Of a stretch of 64,000 nt of DNA, positions 1 to 12,620 are shown piece by piece. Location of the stretch: contig NC_057743.1 in assembly GCF_004010195.1 (NCBI RefSeq), forward strand, positions 28,112,938 to 28,176,937, written 5' to 3'. Every line of letters starts with the position of its first letter. Position 1 is the first letter of the stretch. Origin of the DNA: Chiloscyllium plagiosum (taxonomy: Eukaryota). Under the pieces are notes generated by a model. It was not told where the DNA came from and did no database searches. It saw nothing but the letters and a program-made list of their open reading frames with translations. The position numbers and the translations under genes were made by a program.

Positions 1-1145
1 ATAGAAGCGATGAGGAATTTGCAACAGCAACAGTATGTGATGGATGGCAGTTATAGGAAGGGGGGAGGGTGGAGTCTCAGATACAGTCACATAGACGGGT
101 TAAGTCCAGGAAGGGTAAGAGAGGTCGGCACCTAGGGCAGGAGTCTTTTGTAAATATACCCATTTCAAACAGGTATGCTGTTTTGGAAAATTTAGGGAGT
201 GATGGATTCTCAGGGGCACGTAGTACGAACAGCCATGTTTCTGGTATTGAGACTGGCTCTAATGCACCGAGGGGTACGTTGGCTTCCAAGAGATCAATTG
301 TGTAAGGGGATTCTGTAGTCAGAGGTACAGATAGACGTTTCTGTGGCCAGCAGAGAAAAAGCAGAATGGTGTGTTGTTTCCCTGGTGCCAGGATCAAGGA
401 TGTCTCAGAGAGGATGCAGAATGTTCTCACGGGGGAGAGGGGCCAGCAGGAGGTCATTGTCAACATTGGAACCAACGACATTGGAAGAGAAAAGATTGAG
501 ATTCTGAAGGGTTAGAGAGTTAGGCAGAAATTTAAAAAGGAGATCCTCAAGGATAGTAATATCTGGATTACTCCCAGTGTTACGAGCTAGTGAGGGCAGG
601 AATAGGAGGATAGAGCAGATGAATGCATGGCTGAGGAGCTGGAGTATGGGAGAAGGATTCACATTTTTGGATCATTGGAATCTCTTTTGGGGTAGAAGTG
701 ACCTGTACAAGAAGGATGGATTGCACCTAAATTGGAAGAGGACTAATATCCTGGCAGGGAAATATGCTAGAACTGCTTGGGAGGATTTAAACTAGTAAGG
801 TGGGGGGCTGGGACCCAGGGAGATAGTGAGGAAAGAGATCGATCTGAGACGGGTACAGCTGAGAACAGAAGTGAATCAAACAGTCAGGGCAGGCAGGGAC
901 AAGGTAAGGCTAATAAATTAAAACTGCATTTATTTCAATACAAGGGGCCAACAAGGAAGGCAGATAACTCAGGGCATGGTTAGGAACATTGGACTGGGAT
1001 ATCATAGCAATTACGGAAACATGGCTCAGGGATGGGCAGGACTGGCAGCTTAATGTTCCAGGATACAAATGCTACAGGAAGGATAGAAAGGGAAGCAAGA
1101 GAGGAGGGGGAAGTGACATTTTTGATAAGGGAAAGCATTACAGCT
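1..1145 (+). mobile_element. CR1-clade LINE (HER1-like), decayed ORF1 (SGNH esterase) plus the start of the ORF2 APE endonuclease; 3'-truncated
   Basis: Esterase motifs GDSVVRG, FPGA, VNIGTND and KKDGLHLN, then endonuclease start YFNTRG...WDIIAITETWL...GYKCYRKDR, with stops and frameshifts. Confidence 0.85.
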
Positions 1146-1362
1146 AGGCGTCATGAGTGCAGGGGGCTCTCGGTAAGGGAAGAAAGAGAGAGTGAGGGAG
1201 GGTGATGAGTGCGGGGGGCTCTTGGTGGGATGGACAGTGAACCTAGGGGAGCAGCACATGGTCTCGGGAAACATTGTTGCTAATGTAAGCCTGAGTGCAG
1301 CATCTCCGAAAAAACAGTGCTGGTGGGTTAATGGCCTTGTTCCTTTTACAGCAGCGTTTGCA

Positions 1363-1474
1363 ATGCTCATCTTACCTGTGCTCCAGCCTCAGCTGATCCG
1401 CTCAAACCAGAAGGATGAATACTACCTGAACTCTCTGCGGAGCTACGCTAATGAGATTTTCCAGATCTTTGCCG
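1363..1474 (+). CDS. PEX10: PEX10 coding exon 1 (peroxisome biogenesis factor 10)
   Basis: ATG at 1363; MLILPVLQPQLIRSNQKDEYYLNSLRSYANEIFQIFAG contains the PEX10 IR..QKDEYY motif; 112 nt; donor G|GTGAGA, phase 1. Confidence 0.92.
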
Positions 1475-1944
1475 GTGAGACCGTGCATCTGTGCACTAAA
1501 GGGACTGAGGGCCTCTGATACACAAGGCTTCAGCCTAGCCAGAACCTTTGAACTTTCTGCATATAAAACCTATTTCCTTTTGTACATCTCATCTGTCAGT
1601 GACCTGGTTTAAGATTCATCCACCGGCATCATTCACAACAGCCTTTTTACTTGTAGCAAGGCTCACAAAGTACAAACAAGCCAACAAACAAAAATCAAGA
1701 GCAGGTAGCTTTGATCTGAATTGTTGGGGATTTGTTTCGTCCAGATGTGATCACTTGATTGTATTTTAGATGACTTGTGTTTGAACTTTTCTGTGAAGAT
1801 AATTTCATTGTTAAGTTTGTTAAATGCCCCCTAATTCTTGGGTCTGAGCAATGGATGCAGTTTGCCTTCCATTCCCTCCCCTCCACCTTCTTTACTCTCC
1901 TGTAAGTAGGCAGATATAGAACTAATTTGCCTGTTTACCTACAG

Positions 1945-2025
1945 GTGCTAAGCGATGGCTGGAATGGAAGAAGGAGGTTGAGTTACTGGCAGACCTGACA
2001 TACTTTCTTCTAACAACCTTGGCAG
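1945..2025 (+). CDS. PEX10: PEX10 coding exon 2
   Basis: Acceptor cctacag, donor gtaggc; 81 nt; (G)[26 protein letters not shown](G). Confidence 0.95.
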
Positions 2026-2882
2026 GTAGGCTCCATTATTACTGGACACTACCTTGATTCCTTTTGTAAGCAAATGGTATCCTCGCCTCACATTATACCT
2101 TTGTTTACCACTTGAATCTGTCTAGCAGACAGCTCTATCTGCTCCATGTCACCCTCTTTTTTTTGTGTGCGCGCTTTTATTTGTTTGGCTACCTTTCCAT
2201 TTCTTAAAAGTTCCTTATCCATCTGCCTCTGCCTAGCATCTGCAAGTATGTGTCCACATTGTCTCCTTCTTTCAAACAATTAACTCTCCCCTTTCCTCTT
2301 CGATTGTTTCTCTTACAGCCCATATTTGTGACATTGGCACACTGTACCATCTCAACTACCTTCTCCCCAGCCTGAAATTCAAGACCAAATCCTCTTATTT
2401 ATATTTCCAGTCTCTGTCTGTAGGCACATTACAATTCTGCAGCCTGGAGTCTTTTGTTATGTGAGAGATCATACTGTTTCCATTAGATTGTCATGGAGGG
2501 CACTGTCATGAGATGAATACACCCTTTATATCCCTAAGTTGATCGCCAATTTATGCTGTTCTTAAGCTGTGCCAGGTGTAATGGTAAACAAACAAAATGC
2601 CTGATGTGGATTGGGGTAGGGTTGGAAGGAATATGGGAACAGACTGGGGCCGTTCGCCTCTCAAGCCTGATCTGCTGTCTCATACAATAGTGTATGGGTG
2701 GGGTGTGATCCCATTTCAGGTAAGAAGTTCTTAATATGTCCAACCATCATTCCAATTTTCAAAAATAATTGATTATACTATTGTAACTGTGGACTTTTCC
2801 CTGATTTGAAGTTGTTATATAAATACAAGTTTGTTGTAGTAATTGAATTTCTGGCTGACCATTCTGATGCTTGACTGCACAG

Positions 2883-3280
2883 GTTACCAGACCCTCGGTG
2901 AGGAGTATGTCAACATCATCCAGGTTGACTCCAGTGGGCAGCGGGTGCCATCCTCTGCCAGACGGGCAGTGCTCATTGTCCTTCACACCTGCATTCCTTA
3001 CCTGCTGGACCGAGGACTGAACCGTCTAGAGCAGAATCTGCAGGCGGAGAGTGAGAGATCCCAAGCACCAGACCACAGACACTTACCAATAAGGCCAGGA
3101 GTCTCACACTGGCTGCAGGAGGCAATCAGTACCTTGACCGAGCAGCAGAAAAAGGTGCTACTGCAGACTATCTATATCCTGCGACAGGCAACCTCCTTAC
3201 TCCACCGTCTGCACCTGGGCATCTTCTATCTCAATGGAGCTTTCTACCACATAGCTAAAAGATTCACCAGGATCACTTAC
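2883..3280 (+). CDS. PEX10: PEX10 coding exon 3 (Pex2/Pex12 N-terminal domain, TLGEEY motif)
   Basis: Acceptor gcacag, donor gtaagt; 398 nt; GYQTLGEEYVNIIQVD...LHRLHLGIFYLNGAFYHIAKRFTRITY. Confidence 0.97.
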
Positions 3281-3409
3281 GTAAGTCCTTTGTGTCCATT
3301 CCTTAAAAACAGTAGTTAAATAGGTGTATTACTGCACTGTATGATGGAGTAGCAACTGTATGTTGCAGAAAATAATGGGCCTTGTGCCTCTGGGGCAATG
3401 TGTATATAG

Positions 3410-3535
3410 GCAGAAGTGGGTACTGCAGATGCTGGAAATCAGAGTCTAGATTAGAGTGGTGTTGGAAAAGTACAGCAGGTCAGGCAGCATCTGAGGAGCA
3501 GGAAAATCGACGTTTTGGGCAAAAGCCCTTCACCA
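3410..3535 (-). mobile_element. PLE family-1 terminal-repeat fragment with a degenerate hammerhead motif (PEX10 intron 3)
   Basis: Matches the 3' end of the PLE at 61350-61475; minus strand reads tggtgaagggcttttgcccaaaacgtc (core mutated). Confidence 0.75.
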
Positions 3536-3695
3536 TGAATAAAGGCAGGGAGCCTCTGGTGTGGAGCGATAAATGGGAGGGCTTTGTAGACTCCAATAGA
3601 TATGAAGGATCAGTGTAGTCTGTGTATATTTCAGTGCTAAATATTCCACTGAATAGTTTGCTGATTGTTCCTCATGTTGTTTTACTGCTGTGTAG

Positions 3696-3871
3696 CTGTG
3701 CGTCCGTGGTTTATTCAGTGACAATGCTGGACTCCGGTGGAGTTACGAATTGCTGGGGAAGATTTCTCTGCTGCAGCTAGCCCTGACTGTTGCTATGCAA
3801 GTTAACAGCTATCAGCAAAGACAACGTGCCCGGCAAGAGTGGAAACTCCATCGCAACCTTCCATATTCGAG
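3696..3871 (+). CDS. PEX10: PEX10 coding exon 4
   Basis: Acceptor tgtgtag, donor gtacag; 176 nt; LCVRGLFSDNAGLRWSYELLGKISLLQLALTVAMQVNSYQQRQRARQEWKLHRNLPYS. Confidence 0.93.
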
Positions 3872-4756
3872 GTACAGATGAAATACCCTCATTAAATAAT
3901 GATCAAATTCCAATTAATGTAATTATGCTAGTTAAAGGAGTCAGAAATCTTCACTATTAACATCAATACTATATTAAAATGATCTGCCTAATATAGTATT
4001 GAATGTTGCACCCAAAAGTAAGCATGTTTAATTCCTGGTCAGTGTGGAGTGAGCTGATCTCAGTTGAGGCATTATGATTAAATGGAATCCTTGGATTTAT
4101 ACAGCACCTTATAACCACAGGCGATCCCACTTTTAGTAGCTACTGAGGCTATTATTCTAATGTAGGAAACCTGACAGTCAATGAAAGCACAGTGTCCCAA
4201 AAACAGCAATAACCAGATAACGTATAGGATAAAACTTTGCTCTAATATCAAGGATAAGTCCTCTGCATTTTGTCCAAGCAACGCAAAGGAATCGTTTACG
4301 TCCACCTGAGGAAGTATACAAAGCCTCATTTTAATCTTGTTTACAAGGCAGCATCCCTGACATTACTCAATGCCAGTAATAAGTGAGAATGGCAACTTAG
4401 AATGTGATCAAGTTTCTATAGTTAGTCCTGAACTTACAAGCAGCTGGCCAGGAGGCAAGTGCTACCCTGAGCCACAGTTAACAACTAATTGACTATAACA
4501 TCCTGGGTTAGAAAGGAAGAAACAACAGGGCCTGGGAACAGAGAGAATTCATATCTCAACTTTTGAAATCATGCATTGTGTTGACCACCTCCTAAAGAGA
4601 AGGTGCAATTAGTGTGTCAAGTTTGCATAGGTAATATTCATTATAAACATGTATAAAAGAATTTGACAAAGTGGACATAGAAGAAATATTTTTTAAATAA
4701 CAGATGAAAATATGAACAGAACCAGATTAGCAACTTATGGAAGTTTTACTTTTTAG

Positions 4757-4889
4757 GAACCCCAGTCGGGACCATTCAGCCTGCAGCTCCAAATGCATAC
4801 TTTGTCTGGAAGAACGCAGGCATTCAACAGCCACACCATGTGGCCACCTCTTCTGCTGGGAATGCATCACGGAATGGTGCAATACAAAG
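4757..4889 (+). CDS. PEX10: PEX10 coding exon 5 (C3HC4 RING finger)
   Basis: Acceptor tttttag, donor gtgaga; 133 nt; [33 protein letters not shown]. Confidence 0.97.
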
Positions 4890-5084
4890 GTGAGATGATG
4901 ACAAAATGCATTTATATAGCATCATTAATGGAACAAAACATCCACGGGCGCACTGCAGGAGCCACGTTAAAAAGAGATTGACCCAGGTTATAACAATAGA
5001 GTTTAAGGAAAGTCTTAAAGGAGAGAGATGGAGGTTTCGGGTTGATGGGGGGGGGGGCGCAGCTAGTGATAGATTAATGGAATT

Positions 5085-5330
5085 CAAAGAATTCCTGTGG
5101 AAGCCATTCAGCCTGTTGAGTCCACACTGACCTTTCAAAGAGCATCCCATTGCATTACCCTATCCCTGTAACCTACATATCCCATGGCCAACCCACCTAA
5201 TATGTACATCTTTGGACAGTGGGGGGAAGCCAGAGAACCCCATACAGACACAAGGAGATGTGCAAACTCCAACACCAAGGGTGGGGTAGACCCTGGGTCC
5301 CTGGCACTGTAACGTAGCAGTGCTGCCCCA
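5085..5330 (-). mobile_element. HE1-like V-SINE, diverged (PEX10 intron 5)
   Basis: Shares acatctttgga, tgcaaactcc and ccctggcactg...gcagtgct blocks with the HE1 copies at 45927 and 50325. Confidence 0.7.
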
Positions 5331-5545
5331 CTTGTGCAAGAATCCAGAGACTGAGGAGGGCAGAGATCTCTTTTATAGGGTTGATGTGGGCATTAATTTA
5401 GTGCACATCTGGGGAAAGGAGACAGACTGTTCCAATTTATAGCAGAATACCTCCTGGCTACCATCTTTCTTAATGTGAAGAGACTTAATAATTCCCCATT
5501 ATTTCTGAAGGACCATCAATTAATTTGTTTTCAATTTACTTTCAG

Positions 5546-5614
5546 GCAGAATGTCCACTTTGTCGGGAGACATTCCAGCCACACAGACTCATCTACTTGC
5601 GTCATTACATTTAG
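5546..5614 (+). CDS. PEX10: PEX10 coding exon 6 (end of RING finger, stop codon)
   Basis: Acceptor ctttcag; AECPLCRETFQPHRLIYLRHYI then TAG. The six exons total 969 nt, giving 322 aa in frame. Confidence 0.96.
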   Translation, partial: AECPLCRETFQPHRLIYLRHYI

Positions 5615-5780
5615 GATGAAAGAAATAGCATTTCTTTAATGCCTGTCACAACTTCAAGAGATCCCAAAGTGCTTTACAGCTAACGAAGTACATTTGACCT
5701 GCAATTACTTAAGTTTGAAAGAAGAGGCTCAATAGATGTGTGGTTCGGAGACTTCCATCTGATTGACATTGAAGCACAAC

Positions 5781-5786
5781 AATAAA
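5781..5786 (+). terminator. Candidate PEX10 polyadenylation signal AATAAA
   Basis: First AATAAA after the stop codon, 167 nt downstream; usage not verifiable from sequence. Confidence 0.4.
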
Positions 5787-8700
5787 AGAGAACAGAACAA
5801 CTAAGTCAGTAGCATGTCTGCTCAAAGGAATTGTGACAAGTATGCTGAAATATTACTGCTTTCAAGATCAGATGAAAACCTTAGAGTTCAGACTGTTTGA
5901 TGCCAAGCTTTATATCTGAACATAATAGGAGTTGAAGTACTAAACCATTTTCCTTTGCCATTGTTTATCCTTCTATTCTTCAGGATATTATACTTTTGGT
6001 CCACTTCCATTGGATGCAGCAACTGAGGAGCTCACTTGTTCTGTGTACTTAAATTGTAGGAGATAACTCAACCATGGAGGATCTCCAGAGTGCTGTACTG
6101 TTTTTCCTGGTGAGAATGCAGGAGCTGATAAAGTCCCCTGCTCCCTTACAGTGCTGGTTTGAATGAGAGATATTGTTGTCCAGGCTAGCACAAACCACAA
6201 CTGGCTCTTGCTGCTGTTGTGTATTGCTAAGTCCAGTAATGTTAAATGTTTAGTGTACTTACCAATACTCTGGGAAAATGACAGCCATCTAAAGTAGTAT
6301 TTACAATTCAGTGGTCAGGCTAGTCACTTTATTTAATTCATTTAATGGTTTCATTTTGTTTTCCCAGAGGAAGAGGGCTGAGAAACAGCATTACAAATTT
6401 ATTTTGTTCACCTTTATTACAAGTAAAGAAAAGTTATAACATGTGACGCAGAGTTGGGAGTTCTTAAAACCTAGCACAAGAAACATGTTTATTTAAAGAA
6501 AGGCAATTGGATGTGTATGTGGTGCTGCATAATGCAACACATCGATTTGCACAATGACTAATGATTTGGTTTCATATAAAATTATATAAAATGCACCATT
6601 GTAAGAGCTGCTTTCTCTCTAATCTGATTTTAAAACATCAAGCACACCTACATCACACTAGGACAGCACTACAGAAACAAAAATCTCATTAAGCTAAAAT
6701 AAAAATGGTAATGTTGCAGAGAACAATTTCTGTGCAATGTTTAAATTCATCTCCAGTTACTCCCAACACCAGTGAACAGATCTGTAACAACTGGTAATTT
6801 CACCCTCATGGAGTCAAACATCCACCTGTTTATTTAAATATATCAAAAGGAGATGGGACTCCTTCTAGTAAAGGATGCTGGGATTATTCCCTCAGACAGT
6901 ATAAAAGGCTGCAAAGGCCCTGACTCTAAAATTCTAGTTGACATAAACATCACCTATGGGCATTGTTCACAATGTGAAGCAGCAGGTAGCCAAGGTTAAT
7001 CTTAAAAAAATAAAATCTCTGTACAAGCACAACACTGGTGGAGCTGCTTCACTAAAGAGGGAGGGAGGGGAGTGGGTGGTTTGTAAGATCTCTCCATGTC
7101 CACCTGCTCAGCTGTGCTGCATTTACACCTTATATACTAACAGGCTGCTCTTGCCTGTGCCCTGCTGAGGTGAAAAGTTTGAAGAACAGATGCCATCAAT
7201 GGCCAGCAATCCCAGTAAATACATCACATTAAATAATTGTCAGTAAGGTGCATGTCAAATACACGATTGTTCACATCAGCATTGTAGCACACAAGATTTC
7301 CAGCTTTGTTTTCAATGCAGTTATATCCTTGGTTCCAGAACTTATTTCTGCTTTATCCCCTCTCGTCTTCCCCTTTAGCTCCTGATGGACTGACCCCTGC
7401 AAGTTTACAATTGAATAGGGTGCCCTTCACACAGTGGTAATTCTTCCATTCAGTGTAGACTATATCTATAATGTTGTGTGCAGATACTGTAAAGTGTGAC
7501 AAGAGTTTGATAAAGCATTCACAAATGCATACTTTTGGCAGAGATCATTTGACTGAACAGGAACCCTCGCTATCCCTGCCTACTACCACCTCCCTCCACC
7601 AACCATCCTGTAACCCTGAACCAGTGAGTGTAAAACAGACTCCTACCTCAAAAGATTAAGCAAACAGTGAACAAGTCCAGCAAGAGTTGGTATAACCTAG
7701 CACTAGTGTTAGCGCTTACTTGACATCTATTCCAATTGCATCAATTCCTGCACAACACACTCACAATGTGATTTAAATAGATATTATATACAGTAAATGT
7801 ATATGGCAAACAAAAATGCAAGTGGATTGTGGCGTTACCCTGGTTATGCTAGACTTACCAACTCCCAAGCTACAGCACCAGAAGCATGGATGTCGCTTTT
7901 GTTCTGCATGTTGGGTGAACAGTATGAAAGGTGAAAAATATTATGTGAAAAAACCTAATAAAACCTAGCAACATAAATCTCCCTCTAGTTTAAATATTTT
8001 AAATACAAAATTAGAATGAAAAACGGTTAAGAAAACAAAATACAGACTGGAGATACATACATCACTAAGTAATGTGAAATCAGAGGTTACACTAAACTAG
8101 GAGAGTATTGCATTATAGAGTATTATTTATGCTGTCAGGACACTCCCCAGTAATAAACAGATTGAACAGGTGTACCTTAAAATTAGATGCCGCGTACTGT
8201 ATTTTTCTTTGGATATGGTAAATTACATCTGGAAAGTTAAAGTTTTGTTAAATAAGTTGGGTTAAACTGACTCATGCATCACAGGTAAAGTCAGTCTTGT
8301 TTATATGTTCCATGCAGGCATCAAGACATTTTCTAAAGGGCAAGGGCTGCTACATTGTGCTGACTATTTCTTTAAAGTAACCTACAGTCTTCAACACTTC
8401 TGTTGAGAGGGTGAAGCTGCTATAGGTTCAAACATTTTAAACTTTGGGGTGTGATGGTGGTTGGATGGGGATCTGATTGGAGGGAGAGGTTGTTAGTGCA
8501 ATTATATAAATCAGGGCATTATCACATTCGGAATATATTCATCCACCTGGTTTGACATTATGACAAATTATTGGGCTGGAGAGCTGAAAATCACACTGGT
8601 CAATGAATGATAAAGTTTTTTCATTTGACATCATGTTAATGTGTTGAATTGTGCTGAGCATTCATTTGGTCTCCCAGGTCTCCAGTCTTTTATCCAAAGT

Positions 8701-10260
8701 GGATAGGCTTTATGAGAGTCTCAACCTGCTAAATGACCAGAGAAGTGAAGTGTTGCAGTCAATATTCATTTTCAGCTGGGGGCTGAGTGCAAATCCTGGA
8801 CCACTCCCTCATGCTGCCACAGCTGGCATCAGTGCAGCTGTAGTGCACAATGGGGAACTGGAGTTCCATTTCCATAGGATAATCCAAACACAAACCTATG
8901 CACTTTCATATCTCAACCCTGTATTATATGTAATGATTTTAGCTACCCACTGTGAATCTATATTTAATACACAAATGCCCTCTTCCACCATTTGTTTTGA
9001 ACTGGAGATCCAAATTACTGCCAATTATAATTTTTGATACGTAATATTTTCCAATGAGGGATTTAACTGGTTTAATGTCTGCAGATCTGTTCTGGAACAT
9101 TATCCTTTGTTTGCCCTTACTGCTTCTCAGATACTGGTCTCGCTTACATTCTTATCATAAAACCCACCAATCTTTCCCTCTCCCCTTCCCATTATTCATT
9201 GTAGGCTTGCTATTTACTTTAGCATGTACAGTAAAAAGAGCTCCACTGTATCTTAAAGCTACCCCCTTCCCTTACATCATGAAAACTGTTGAATTTTAAC
9301 AGATTTTTTTTCAAAAAAGTAGAACAAAACAAATTCTTGAACACACTTGTAATTGAGGCATCTACCAGTACCTTGTAGCAATCCAAAGTTTAAAGCTCAG
9401 CATAGAGTTCAGATTGGAAATTTTTTTATCAAAATTTTATTTCTTTCGCATTATTAACATCTAGCCTGATGAATTCGAAATACAATGCCATGACTCGGGA
9501 CATAGATGACAATGTCCTCAAAGTTGACTTGGATTTAAAAATGGGAGAAGAGGAAAGTCCGATCTCCATCTTCAAGCTATTTGGTTCCACAGCACTCAAA
9601 AATGAGCATTTTAGCTTCAAAAGCTGCAAGCCTGTGTTTCGGTGTTGTTGCAAACCTCTTTCCTCACACTCTCCAAATTCCTCCGATTGCTTCTCCACAA
9701 CTCTTCCAAGAGGCCACAACATAAAAACTGCGCTTCCAAAATTTGATTTAAACCCAGAAAACATGGTAAATAGCCATCCAATTCTCAACCATTAATTACC
9801 AACTACTGATATTGTAGCATCTTAATACTGCAATTTCCTTGTCAAAAGCCTCAGTAACTTGGGGGAGTCATAGCAAGTAGTCTAATTACCCAAGTATGGA
9901 ACTGATTTGATAGTTTAATTCTTTCTTTCTTTCCAGATGACAAAAAGGAGAAAAGGAGGAAGTACAGTTGAAGCAACTGGCAAAAGAAATACAATTAAAG
10001 GGAAATTTAAATGAAGTCATCCTATAAATTAAATCAAAATGGTCAGGACAAAACGTCTGCGTGTATATATATCATATTATAAACACTGTCTCTGTGCCAA
10101 AAAAATCTCAAAACTAAATCACCTTCTAAAATGTACACTTCAGAAAGGCCTGGAGCAAACATGATAATAATAGTCATGTCACGGTTGTGATTATTGTCCA
10201 ATGTTTACATGTAAAGAGGAGGGGGAGAAGATAATCCAGGAGTGCCATGCAGCACTTTTT

Positions 10261-10350
10261 CTAACTGGCAAATGCTTTCGTAGAATCCTCTTTCCCCTTG
10301 TACGTCCTTTTCCCATGTGTGAACGGTAGATATCTGTACTTGATCATGTG
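10261..10350 (-). CDS. RER1: RER1 last coding exon
   Basis: Minus strand HMIKYRYLPFTHGKRTYKGKEDSTKAFAS then TAG; 90 nt; AG acceptor at 10351-10352. Confidence 0.97.
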   Translation of the reverse strand, partial: HMIKYRYLPFTHGKRTYKGKEDSTKAFAS

Positions 10351-10658
10351 CTATTTAAAAGGACAAAAGAAAAATTACTGAATAATAATTTCTTACAGTT
10401 TCATACTCAGCACTATCAACGGGAATATGGTTATCTGTTTATCTTTCTCTCATTATGTGACCCATGGCAGTGGCTGCTGTCAGCACTTGACTTTGCAGGA
10501 TATCACTGGATCCCTAGTTAGTTGATGGCATTCAGCATTGGGAGTCCAAGCTGTTTTTTTATTCCCAGAAACAGGGCTAATTACTAAGATGAGACAGCTG
10601 TACCAAGCTCAGCAAAGTCTGAGGCATTGACTAATGGCTTTCTGTCTCACACGACCTA

Positions 10659-12102
10659 ATAGAGTCATAGAGATGTATAGCATCTTTGGTCCAACCCATC
10701 CATGCCGACCAGATATCCCGACTCAATCTAGTCCCACCTGCCAGCACCCGGCCCTTTTCCCTCCAAACCCTTCCTATTCATATACCCATCCAAATGCCTT
10801 TTAAATGTTGCAATTGTACCAGCCTCCACCACATCCTCTGGCAGCTCATGCCATACACGTACCACCCTCTGCATGAAAACGTTGCCCCCTAGGTCTCTTT
10901 TTGATCTTTCTCCTCTCACCCTAAACCTATGCCCTCGAGTTCTAGACTCCCCCATCACAGGGAATAGATTTTGTCTATTCATCCGATCCATGCCCCTCAT
11001 GATTTTGTAAACCTCTATAAGGTCACCCCTCAGCCTCCCACGCTCCAGGGAAAACAGCCCCAGCCTCTTCAGCCTCTCCCTATAGCTCAAAACCTCCAAT
11101 CCTGGCAACATCCTTTTCTGAACCCTTTCAAGTTTCACAATATGTTTTCGATAGGAAGGAGACCAGAGTTGCATGCAATATTCCAACAGTGGCCTAACCG
11201 ATGTCCTGTATAGCTGCAACATAACCTCCCAACCCCTGTACTCAATACTCTGACCAATAAAAGAAAGCATACTAAACGCCTTCTTCAATATCCTATCTCC
11301 CTGCGACTCCACTTTCAAGGAGCAATGAACCAGCACTCTAAGATCTCTTTGTTCAGCAACACTCCCTAGAACCTTACCATTAAGTGTATAAGTCCTGCTA
11401 AGATTTGCTTTCCCAAAATGCAGCACCTCGCATTTATCTGAATTAAATTCCATCTGCCACTTCTCAGCCCATTGGCCCATCTGGTCAAGATCCTGTTGTA
11501 ATCTGAGGTAACCTTCGCTGTCCATTACATCTCCAATTTTGGTATCATCTGCAAACTTACTAACTGTACCTCTTACGCTCGCATCCAAATCATTTATGTA
11601 AATGACAAAAGATTAGAGGACCCAGCATCGATCCTTGTGGCACTCCACTGGTCAGGCCTCCAGTCTGAAAACCAACCCTCCACCACCACCCTCTGTCTTC
11701 TACCTTTGAGCCAGTTCTGTATTCTGTGAGATCTAACCTTGCTAACCAGTCTCCCATGGGGAACCTTGTCAAACGCCTTACTAAATTCCAAATAGATCAC
11801 ATCTGCTGCTCTGCCCTCATCAATCCTCTTTGTTACTTCTTCAAAAAACTCAATCAAGTTTGTGAGACATGGTTTCCCACGCACAAAGCCATGTTGACTA
11901 TCTTGAATCAATCCCTGCCTTTCCAAGTACATGTACATCCTGTCCCTCAGGATTCCATCGAACAACATGCCCACCACCATCAGGCTCACTGGTCTATAGT
12001 TCCCTGGCTTGTCCTTACTACCCTTCTTAAACAGTGGCACCACGTTTGCCAACCTCCAGTCTTCCGGCACCTTACCTGTGACTATCGATGATACAAATAC
12101 TC
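10659..12102 (-). mobile_element. Young CR1/HER1 LINE, 5'-truncated (RT 3' half), in the last RER1 intron
   Basis: RT motifs NYRPVSL, FSKAFDKVPH, SGVPQG and KFADDTK; ctctatgactctat tail. Confidence 0.93.
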
Positions 12103-12484
12103 TTTGACCCAACAACATGGCTCAAAGCCAACATTACATTTATGCTGAATTGTTAGTGTTTCATTTATCGCCGACTTGGAGCTATTTGAAAATATTTCAA
12201 TTATTTGAATTGGGACCTGCACAACCTACAGCTTGGGATTTTTTCCACCCAAGCTGTTCAGTAACCAGCACTGACATAGTTATTGGTGTGCATCGCAGAA
12301 CAGCAATAAAAAACTGCAACTGACATCAATTTTGCCAAGAAAGACGTTGGAACCCTTATGAAGTACAGATTTCACACTCTGCTCATTACTATGTTGCTTA
12401 CAGTGGTAGATTTAAGGTTAGGTTCGAATTATATATCTTTGTTCTATCTGTAAAGCATTGTGTTTCACAATCGATTGGATTTAC

Positions 12485-12620
12485 CTTAATCTGCCTCTTC
12501 ATGGTAATGCAGAATAGCATAATGAAGTACATGACCAAGATTGGCCAGAAAACAGGTACATTGAAGGCATCGAAAAATGTGCAAACCATGGCTACTATTA
12601 TTCCTTTTGTGGCAGAGTGC
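12485..12620 (-). CDS. RER1: RER1 coding exon 5
   Basis: HSATKGIIVAMVCTFFDAFNVPVFWPILVMYFIMLFCITMKRQIK; 136 nt; AG/GT boundaries. Confidence 0.98.

Noticed and set aside
1192-1518. 108 aa ORF as an N-terminally extended PEX10
   Set aside because: It starts at GTG and runs through both the acceptor and the donor; only 1363-1474 resembles PEX10.
9466-9483. CTGATGA-ATTC-GAAA-TAC hammerhead-like string in the RER1 3' region
   Set aside because: No stem II or flanking stems can form and there is no PLE context; likely chance.
10728-12118. Long RT ORFs as host genes or an active LINE
   Set aside because: These are 5'-truncated, frameshifted CR1 copies.
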